NCBI GenBank assembly: GCA_031414955.1
Contig: JANOQV010000311.1
Location: forward strand, 1-14,384
Direction: 5' to 3'
Origin: Pedosphaera sp.
Lineage (GTDB): Bacteria; Verrucomicrobiota; Verrucomicrobiia; Limisphaerales; SIBH01
DNA length: 14,384 nt
In this document: positions 8,460 through 14,384 of the stretch, piece by piece
Position numbering within the stretch: the stretch's first letter is position 1
How the letters are laid out: each line of letters starts with the position of its first letter
The notes under the pieces: model-generated
Database searches by the model: none
Told to the model about the DNA's origin: nothing
What the model saw: the letters and a program-made list of their open reading frames with translations, nothing else
Position numbers and translations under genes: made by a program

Positions 8460-9338
8460 ATGAACCGCTTTGCATTGCTGCTCGCCGCCGTTTTGGCTTT
8501 GGCTAACGCCTCTCTTTCCGCGCAAGTCCTGCCCGCCGCAGCCGCTCCAGTCGCGGTCCGCGCCCCCGCGCCCGACCCCAATGCCTTGAAGTTTGACGCG
8601 GAGACGCGGGAGTACAACGCCAAACAGGGCGAGGTCTCCGCCCCGTTCACCTTCGTGGTGACCAATGTTTCCAAGAGTGAGATTTCGATCAACGGCCTGC
8701 ACACCTCGTGCGGTTGCACCGTGGCGCAATTGCCGACCACCCCGTACAAGCTCCTGCCCGGCTCGAATGTTGCCATCAATGTCACCATGGACTTGCGCAA
8801 CAAGATTGGCCAGGTGACCAAGTCTGTGAACGTGGACACGACGGTGGGTCCCAAGTCGCTGCTGGTGAAGGTGAACATCCCCCAAGCTCCAACCGTGACG
8901 CCGGCAGCCGGTCAAGCGGCGGCTCCCACTATGAACGATCGGGCCAAGAACATTCAGAGCGCGCTGGCCGACCGACAGGCGGTCTTCAAGGGGGATTGCG
9001 CCAAGTGCCATGTCGATAAAGGCGTGGGCAAGCTGGGCAAGGAACTCTACGACGTATCGTGCGGCATCTGCCACGACGCCGAGCACCGCGCCGCCATGGT
9101 CACGGACTTGAAGGTGCCGCGCAGCGAGCGGGATCTCGCCTTCTGGCAGAAGTGGATCACCGAAGGCAAGGCGGGGACGATGATGCCAGCCTTTGGCGCC
9201 GTGCATGGCGGGCCGCTGACCCAGGAGCAGATTGATTCGTTGAGCATTTATCTCTTCCAGAATTATCCCAAAAGGCCGCTGGCCACCGCAACTCGACCGG
9301 TCGCGGCCCCTCCGCTGCCGGGCACACTGAAGAAGTAA
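8460..9338 (+). CDS. Secreted DUF1573 (Ig-like) domain protein with a C-terminal c-type cytochrome region (two CXXCH motifs), 292 aa
   Basis: Signal peptide MNRFALLLAAVLALANASLSA; DUF1573 signature FVVTNVS...I...TSCGCT; CAKCH (8997-9011), CGICH (9060-9074), and distal GTMMPAF...GGPLTQEQIDSL. Confidence 0.82.
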   Translation: MNRFALLLAAVLALANASLSAQVLPAAAAPVAVRAPAPDPNALKFDAETREYNAKQGEVSAPFTFVVTNVSKSEISINGLHTSCGCTVAQLPTTPYKLLPGSNVAINVTMDLRNKIGQVTKSVNVDTTVGPKSLLVKVNIPQAPTVTPAAGQAAAPTMNDRAKNIQSALADRQAVFKGDCAKCHVDKGVGKLGKELYDVSCGICHDAEHRAAMVTDLKVPRSERDLAFWQKWITEGKAGTMMPAFGAVHGGPLTQEQIDSLSIYLFQNYPKRPLATATRPVAAPPLPGTLKK

Positions 9339-9343
9339 TCTCG

Positions 9344-9997
9344 ATGCCCGGCCTTTTCATCACCTTCGAAGGCACGGAAGGTGGCGGCAAATCCACTCAA
9401 ATCCTCCGGCTCACGGAACGGTTGACCGGACTGGGCTTCCAGGTGCGTTCGTTGCGCGAGCCGGGTGGCACCCCGTTGGGCGAGGAGTTGCGCCACATCC
9501 TCAAGCACAGCACGACCGGCGCGGCCATGACTCCCGAAACGGAGTTGCTGCTCATGAATGCCAGCCGCGCCCAGCTTGTGCGCGAAGTGATCCGCCCCGC
9601 CCTGGCGGCGGGCGAACTGGTGCTGTGCGATCGATTCTACGATTCCACCGTGGCCTACCAGGGCTACGGACGCGGCCTCGACCTGCCGATGGTGCGCAGC
9701 GCGATCGAAATCGCCGTCGGCACCACCCGGCCAGACCTGACCCTGCTGCTGCGCGTGCCTGTCTCGGTCAGCGAGGCACGCCGCCGCGCGCGCGGGGGCG
9801 GGCCGCCGGATCGGTTCGAGGAATCGAAGCGGGAGTTCTTTCACCGAGTCGAGCGAGGCTTCGATGCTCTCGCCCTGGCCGAGCCGGATCGGGTCAAGGT
9901 CATTGACGCCACGCGCGAAATTGAAGTTGTGGCCGGGGACATCTGGCGCCAGATGGGGCCGTTGCTGGAAACAAAAGCGACCGCAACCCGCCGTTGA
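9344..9997 (+). CDS. tmk: Thymidylate kinase
   Basis: P-loop FITFEGTEGGGKST, REPGGT, LCDRFYDSTVAYQGYGRG, PDLTLLL and DRFE. Confidence 0.96.
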   Translation: MPGLFITFEGTEGGGKSTQILRLTERLTGLGFQVRSLREPGGTPLGEELRHILKHSTTGAAMTPETELLLMNASRAQLVREVIRPALAAGELVLCDRFYDSTVAYQGYGRGLDLPMVRSAIEIAVGTTRPDLTLLLRVPVSVSEARRRARGGGPPDRFEESKREFFHRVERGFDALALAEPDRVKVIDATREIEVVAGDIWRQMGPLLETKATATRR

Positions 9998-10021
9998 CAT
10001 GGCCGGACATTCCGCTAGTTT
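9994..10021 (+). promoter_or_regulatory. Putative sigma70 promoter of rpsT overlapping the tmk stop codon
   Basis: Perfect TTGACA (9994-9999), 16-bp spacer, TAGTTT (10016-10021); an AGGA SD-like sequence at 10036-10039 precedes ATG 10046. Confidence 0.6.
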
Positions 10022-10045
10022 GCCGCCCTCTTTTTAGGAACAATT

Positions 10046-10309
10046 ATGCCGAATACGAAATCAGCCGAACGCCGCATGCGCAACAGCGCCCGCAAGCAAC
10101 TGCGCAACCGTAGCGTCAAGAGCCGCCTCAAGACGTTCGAGAAGCGCTATGTCGCCGCGCTCAAGACCGGCAAGAAGGACGAAGCCGGAACCGCGCTGCG
10201 CGCGGCCATCTCCACCTACGACAAGGCCGTCAAAGGCGGGGTCGTGCCTCGGGCCACGGCCAATCGCAAGAAGTCACGGCTCACGCTCGCCCTGGCCAAA
10301 CTGAAATAG
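10046..10309 (+). CDS. rpsT: 30S ribosomal protein S20
   Basis: MPNTKSAERRMR...RNRSVKSRLKT...DKAVKGGVV...ANRKKSRL; 87 aa, basic. Confidence 0.97.
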   Translation: MPNTKSAERRMRNSARKQLRNRSVKSRLKTFEKRYVAALKTGKKDEAGTALRAAISTYDKAVKGGVVPRATANRKKSRLTLALAKLK

Positions 10310-10459
10310 TTCCGCTTCCTGGCCTCGCGCCGGACGCGATCAGTTCTCCCAAACCGTCTTGGTGTTCTCGAATTCGCGAATGCCCCGAGGATCTGTTTCG
10401 CGCCAAAAACCCAAGACTTCTAACAACTGGTTGATCAAACCGGTCAAATGAGAGTCGCA

Positions 10460-10492
10460 TTCTCCCTCCGGGAGAAAGCCAGGGTGAGGGGG
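10460..10492. repeat. Single REP-like hairpin (TCTCCC-N3-GGGAGA...GGGTGAGGG type)
   Basis: TTCTCCC TCC GGGAGAA (10460-10476) followed by AGCCAGGGTGAGGGGG, between convergent rpsT and the batE-like gene. Confidence 0.5.
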
Positions 10493-10518
10493 AAATGGAC
10501 ACATCCGTTCCTTTCGAC

Positions 10519-11295
10519 CTAGTGCGTAGGGGACGAAGCCACGCCCGGCAGCATCGTCAGGGCGTCACGTCGCATCCAGCCCACTCGCTTCTCGGCGTCG
10601 CGTACTTCCACCCATTGTTCCTTGAAGGAGAGCGCCGTCACTTCCGCGCCATCCCGCAATTGGAAAGCGGCCTGGGATTCATCGAGCGGCCCAAAGCGGG
10701 CCGTCGCCTCCTGAACCACGACCACGGCGGCGGGAGTGCGTGCGTCCCACAGCGCGAGCGCGAGCAAGCCGGCTGCGAGCAGGAAGGCGATCAAAATGGC
10801 GGCCGCCGTTTTCAAGTAGCGCCGGCGCGTGAACTCGCCGCCGGCCAGCACGGCGAAGAACAACCAAAGCCCAGCCGAGGCGAGAACAGTCCACTCGTTC
10901 ACAGTGGCGATCCGGACGCAGCTTTGCCACAGCGGCACGCGTGACTTTTCATCCGCATAAACCTTGCCGCGCACAAATTGCAGGTTCGCGCGCAGAGTTG
11001 AATCCCGCGGTTCGTTCCGTTCCGCGATTCGATAAGCGGCAATGGCGCGGCCAACGTGCCCGGCCTTGTAAGCCGCGTTACCGAGGTTGAACCACACCGC
11101 CGTGGGAGTGCGTCCGGCCGCGGTCAGGTGTTCGTAAGCGGTGGCGGCCTCGGTGAATTTGCCCTGTTCGTAGAGCTTGTTCGCGCGATCAAAAGCCTCC
11201 ACGGCATGGGTCGCCTGATTGATGGCATTGGTCAGGGCCGCCCGCGTGGCGAGCGGCACGGACAGGAACAGCAGAGCGAGGATCAGGAAACGCAT
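10519..11295 (-). CDS. batE: BatE-like TPR plus SH3-domain membrane protein
   Basis: Signal peptide; TPR region (FDRANKLYEQGKFTEAATAY...WFNLGNAAYKAGHVGRAIAAY...RANL); two hydrophobic helices; SH3b-like C-terminus (FQLRDGAEV...WVEVRDAEKRVGWM). Alternative start GTG 11301 overlaps the batD stop (GTGA). Confidence 0.8.
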   Translation of the reverse strand: MRFLILALLFLSVPLATRAALTNAINQATHAVEAFDRANKLYEQGKFTEAATAYEHLTAAGRTPTAVWFNLGNAAYKAGHVGRAIAAYRIAERNEPRDSTLRANLQFVRGKVYADEKSRVPLWQSCVRIATVNEWTVLASAGLWLFFAVLAGGEFTRRRYLKTAAAILIAFLLAAGLLALALWDARTPAAVVVVQEATARFGPLDESQAAFQLRDGAEVTALSFKEQWVEVRDAEKRVGWMRRDALTMLPGVASSPTH

Positions 11296-11297
11296 GG

Positions 11298-13061
11298 TCA
11301 CGATTTGGACGGCTCCCATTGCTGCAATCCGGCCAGCGCGTGTTCGAGCTTCGGCACCATGTCCGACAGTTCCTGGCTCGATTTCACCGGCGCGTAACGG
11401 GCGAGATTGCCCGCATGAAAAATTTCGCGCACCTCATCGCACAGTTCCTGGGGAGCGCCTGCTGGACGGAGTATCTCTTCGATGACCGCCTCGGTGAGGC
11501 CGGTCCCCGGCCGATCCACCCGCTCACCAATCTGCTCCTGCAACAGCCGCAGCAGGGTGGCGAAGAAGGCTTCGGAATTCTTCGTTTCGGCCTGCTCGCG
11601 CAATTCACCCAGTCCGCTCCGGATGCTGCGCGCCACGTCCTGCCGCCGCCGCAACCGGGGATCGTTTTCGAGGCGCTCGCGCCTCCTGCGCAGCAGCCAC
11701 ATGCCCAGCCAGAAGACCGGCGGCAGCAACTGCACACCCAGGAAAACCGGGCTGGAGAACAGCTCGGATGACACACTGGCCGGGCCGAGATAGGGACGGA
11801 TGTGCGCCAGGTCCGTGACGGGTTGGGCCGCCGCGCTGTTGTTGGTCACGCCGGGCAAATTGGGCAGCGCCGCGTAGCCTCCAACGGGAGCGGTGACGTT
11901 GAGCGGCACAGCCGGGCCGGTCAGCGTGCGAAAGGCGCGCTGGTTCGGATCGAAGAACGAGAAGGCCAGCGGCGGAAGCACCTTGATCCCCGCCCGCTCC
12001 GGCACCACCACCTGCTCGAAGGTCTTGGTCCCCGCGAAGTTGTTTTGATCCGCGCCCTCGATCTGGGCGCTGGGCGGGTAGGTTTTGAAATCATTCCACT
12101 GGGGCTGGGGCGGAAGCTTCACCGCATCGAGCGCGCCCCGCCCGCGAATCTGCGCCCGCACCGTGATCGGATCGCCCGCCGCCAGGCTGGTCGGTCCGGC
12201 GGTCACGGTGAGGGTAAAGCTGCCCACGGCACCGGCAAACGAGGCGGGCACGTTTTGGCTGGGAACCGGCAGCGCCTGGACCATGACCTTCTCAGACTCC
12301 ATGCGCACTTCGCGTTCCGGCCAGCGTCCGAAGATGTCCGGCCGACGCGCGCGATCCGGCACCAGCAACAACACGGCGGCCGGGCCGAGGTTCAGTTGGC
12401 CCGACTTCACCGAGGTGAGCGGCAGCTTGAAGATGACCAGGTTGTAAACCTGGTTGCTGACGTTGGCGCGGGTCTCCTGGTGCTTCGGCCATTTTCCCAC
12501 CGTGAAACCGGGATCGGTCGGCACACTTGGGTATTGGGTCAGACGCCCCTCCTGGAAGTAAACGTGAACCTCGACTTCGGAAACTTCGCCGACAAAAAGT
12601 TGCGGCTTGGGCACGACCAGTTTCACAAAAGAGGCGGGCATGGCCGCCCCCGGTGCCGCCACGGCCGGGCCGGGCTTGATGACCTTGACTGCGATGGGCG
12701 GCGTGACGAGCGCCTCGTTGCCCGCCTTGAACTGAAAGGACGGTATCACGAGATCGCCGGCCTGCGTCGGCGCGAGTTGGTAAGTGAAAACCTGCTGCGC
12801 CACGCCGCGGACCGCGTCGAGCGAGAAGGAGGAACCGGAGCCGGTCAGTTGGAAGTTCGGCAACGTCGGCAGTCCGGGCTGGCCCACCTGCGCCCCGTTG
12901 AAGGAGAGGGAAAGCGTCACCACCTCGCCCAGCGTGACCGTGGAACGATCCACGGTGGCGGTCACGGTGGCGGCCTGAACCCACGCGGCGAAAAGCGTGA
13001 GGACCGCGGTTCCGAACCATCGGGCCGCGCGGCGGGCGATAAATTGTCTGAAGCCTGGCAT
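11298..13061 (-). CDS. batD: BatD family protein
   Basis: Signal peptide then VTATVDRSTVTLGEVVTLSL, YQLAPTQAGDLVIPSF, LFVGE, FAGAVGSF, GDPIT...I.GRG and FSFFDP, with a C-terminal TM helix and a helical tail. Start uncertain (ATG 13061 preferred over TTG 13103). Confidence 0.85.
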   Translation of the reverse strand: MPGFRQFIARRAARWFGTAVLTLFAAWVQAATVTATVDRSTVTLGEVVTLSLSFNGAQVGQPGLPTLPNFQLTGSGSSFSLDAVRGVAQQVFTYQLAPTQAGDLVIPSFQFKAGNEALVTPPIAVKVIKPGPAVAAPGAAMPASFVKLVVPKPQLFVGEVSEVEVHVYFQEGRLTQYPSVPTDPGFTVGKWPKHQETRANVSNQVYNLVIFKLPLTSVKSGQLNLGPAAVLLLVPDRARRPDIFGRWPEREVRMESEKVMVQALPVPSQNVPASFAGAVGSFTLTVTAGPTSLAAGDPITVRAQIRGRGALDAVKLPPQPQWNDFKTYPPSAQIEGADQNNFAGTKTFEQVVVPERAGIKVLPPLAFSFFDPNQRAFRTLTGPAVPLNVTAPVGGYAALPNLPGVTNNSAAAQPVTDLAHIRPYLGPASVSSELFSSPVFLGVQLLPPVFWLGMWLLRRRRERLENDPRLRRRQDVARSIRSGLGELREQAETKNSEAFFATLLRLLQEQIGERVDRPGTGLTEAVIEEILRPAGAPQELCDEVREIFHAGNLARYAPVKSSQELSDMVPKLEHALAGLQQWEPSKS

Positions 13062-13253
13062 CCGGTGCCCGGTGTTTTTGCATTCTGGACCCGCCTCGTG
13101 CAAGGGTTCACTTGCACTTCATGAGGGCAGTTCAGAACAAGAGGTGGCGGCGATTTCCGAAGCGCCCGGTCCGCCGGCCCGGCGGTCGGAGGGCAAAAAC
13201 ATGTTCCGCAACGCACTTGCTTGCCTCCGCATTTCGGTCACTCTTTTCCCGCA

Positions 13254-13625
13254 ATGCCAGTCGTGTATCAGATTGATGCCCGAAAGCGCTGGTTGGAGGC
13301 CAAGCTCAGCGGGCAGGTTTCCATCAGCGAGTTGAGCGACCACCTGCGCCAGTTGTTCGCCGATCCCGACTACAGCGACGACCTCAACGGCCTCATCGAC
13401 TGCCGCGAACTGATCAATGTGATGAGCGTCAACGAACTGCGCGGACTGGCTGACATGCAGGTGGATCGGCCCGGCCCGCCCTGGCGCTCGCGGCGCGCGG
13501 TCGTGGTCAGTTCCCCCGCGCACTACGGCACGGCCCGCGTCTTCATGCTCTTCGCCGAGGCCGGCCCCGTGCAATACAACGTGTTTTACAACCTGGAAAA
13601 TGCGCGGGCGTGGTTGCAGGAGTAA
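13254..13625 (+). CDS. Small hypothetical protein, SpoIIAA/STAS-like fold probable, 123 aa
   Basis: ATG 13254 (MPVVYQID) with host-like codon usage. The pattern LSGQVSISEL...LIDCREL...RRAVVVSS..HYGTARVF...VFYNLENARAWL resembles SpoIIAA-like proteins. Confidence 0.7.
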   Translation: MPVVYQIDARKRWLEAKLSGQVSISELSDHLRQLFADPDYSDDLNGLIDCRELINVMSVNELRGLADMQVDRPGPPWRSRRAVVVSSPAHYGTARVFMLFAEAGPVQYNVFYNLENARAWLQE

Positions 13626-13628
13626 ATG

Positions 13629-13738
13629 ATCCGCAGGGTTGAACCGCGAGTTCGACGGGCCTGCCCCGTGAGCCGCCAGGCTTTTACGGGAGCCTGCTCC
13701 GTGGCCGAAGGCTTTACGGGGCGGGTTCAACCCCGGAT
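13629..13738. repeat. Composite palindrome: outer inverted repeat enclosing two tandem hairpin units
   Basis: Outer ATCCG(CA)GGGTTGAACC (13629-13645) and GGTTCAACCCCGGAT (13724-13738). Inner direct repeats GCCTGCCCCGTGAGCCGCCAGGCTTTTACGGG (13659-13690) and GCCTGCTCCGTGGCCGAAGGCTTTACGGG (13692-13720). Confidence 0.7.
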
Positions 13739-13820
13739 GGAAAGGACGCTGCGCGCGACCACACCCCACTTCCAAACCATCCTCCCCGGCGCGCTCCGGT
13801 CCTTTCCAATCCTTTGGTGA

Positions 13821-14252
13821 TTAGGCGGCGTGGTCATATCTCACTTACCAATCGAACTCTGACAAATCACCTGACTGCCGGCAAGCTCGACAGAAACGAA
13901 ACGAGTCTGAGCGGCGCTCGTGAACGCAAAAACAACTCGATTCGAGTCAATCGTGTTGCGCGCTCCGAACTCGTCGGTGCGTCCGTCTGGAGCAGTGGTG
14001 CGGCTATCGCGCTGCGGCTGCCAAACACTGGCGTCCAAGCCATCTCGCGTCAGCGTCTCTCTCGCCTTCGCAAGTGCCAACTCCTCTGTAAGAAAAGCGG
14101 GCCGCTCTGAAAGCTGGAAAACGTGCTGTGCGCCAATGCGACACTGAACCGAACGGTGAATCAGATAAGGAACTGCTGCGACTCCTGCGAGTAGCACAAC
14201 CGCGAGCAAGATGATGGTGCGCTTATTCACGAGATGCGCGAACGCCGCCTAG
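13821..14252 (-). mobile_element. Putative integron gene-cassette remnant lacking the attC body
   Basis: On the minus strand the segment begins GTCTAGGCGGCGT (R'-like, compare GTTAGGC) and ends ACGCCGCCTAAT (R''-like, compare GCCTAAC). A perfect 10-bp inverted repeat (13822-13831 / 14242-14251) tightly brackets one ORF. Confidence 0.5.
13841..14230 (-). CDS. Hypothetical membrane-anchored or exported protein, 129 aa, in a cassette-like segment
   Basis: GTG start; N-terminus MNKRTIILLAVVLLAGVAAVPYLI (basic then hydrophobic); about 56% GC by hand count, lower than neighbouring genes. Confidence 0.65.
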   Translation of the reverse strand: MNKRTIILLAVVLLAGVAAVPYLIHRSVQCRIGAQHVFQLSERPAFLTEELALAKARETLTRDGLDASVWQPQRDSRTTAPDGRTDEFGARNTIDSNRVVFAFTSAAQTRFVSVELAGSQVICQSSIGK

Positions 14253-14280
14253 ACAGTATGGCTGGCGATGAAAGTGAAAG

Positions 14281-14384
14281 TGGTGCCTGCTCTCCGGGAA
14301 CGTGGATTGCGCCGCGTGGGCGGTGCCGAGCCCCAAGGTTGGGAACGGAAGTTCCCACCGCAGTTGAAACAACAGCTCCAACAA
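14281..14384 (-). ncRNA. ssrS: Probable 3' part of 6S RNA (runs off the right edge)
   Basis: The minus strand reads GGAGC...GCGGTG-[GGGAAC TTCC GTTCCC hairpin]-AACCTT...GCCCAC-[ACGCGG/CCACGT hairpin]-GTTC...GCAGGCACCA, then a pyrimidine run CTTTCACTTTC. The motif order resembles my recollection of 6S RNAs. No T-arm, so not tRNA or tmRNA. The 5' part is outside the window. Confidence 0.45.

Noticed and set aside
9263..10000. 245-aa minus-strand ORF
   Set aside because: Antisense to tmk.
11802..13124. 440-aa plus-strand ORF
   Set aside because: Antisense to batD; Arg/Gly/His-rich shadow composition.
13659..13720. Possible mini CRISPR array
   Set aside because: Only two diverged units, 1 nt apart with no spacer, and no cas genes.
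13119..13775. 218-aa minus-strand ORF
   Set aside because: Antisense to the better-supported 13254-13625 gene and runs through repeat DNA.
13740..13820. Complete attC site downstream of the cassette-like gene
   Set aside because: After GCCTAAT there are no recognisable paired L boxes or matching GTTAGGC, so only a remnant is claimed.
14281..14340. tRNA or tmRNA 3' end suggested by GGCACCA on the minus strand
   Set aside because: No GTTCRANTC T-loop at the required distance.

Overview
GC-rich bacterial window; gene content and repeat style suggest Verrucomicrobiota (inference only). In order: two tandem SLBB/Wza-like polysaccharide-export genes (the first truncated at the left edge), a secreted ankyrin-repeat protein (-), rlmI (-), a cupin (-) divergent from hemL-ruvX, a secreted DUF1573/di-CXXCH cytochrome c gene followed by tmk and rpsT, an isolated batD-batE pair (-), a small SpoIIAA/STAS-like gene (+), a lower-GC orphan gene (-), and probably the 3' part of a 6S RNA gene at the right edge. 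The most unusual features are non-coding or structural. (1) The orphan gene is bounded by a perfect 10-bp inverted repeat resembling the ends of an integron gene cassette that has lost its attC body. (2) A 177-bp MITE-like element with a TTA duplication carries a nested 32-bp REP doublet. (3) Most larger intergenic gaps hold a different palindromic repeat family. (4) Several genes share a promoter geometry that suggests near-leaderless transcription. All family assignments come from motif recognition by eye; no searches were run.
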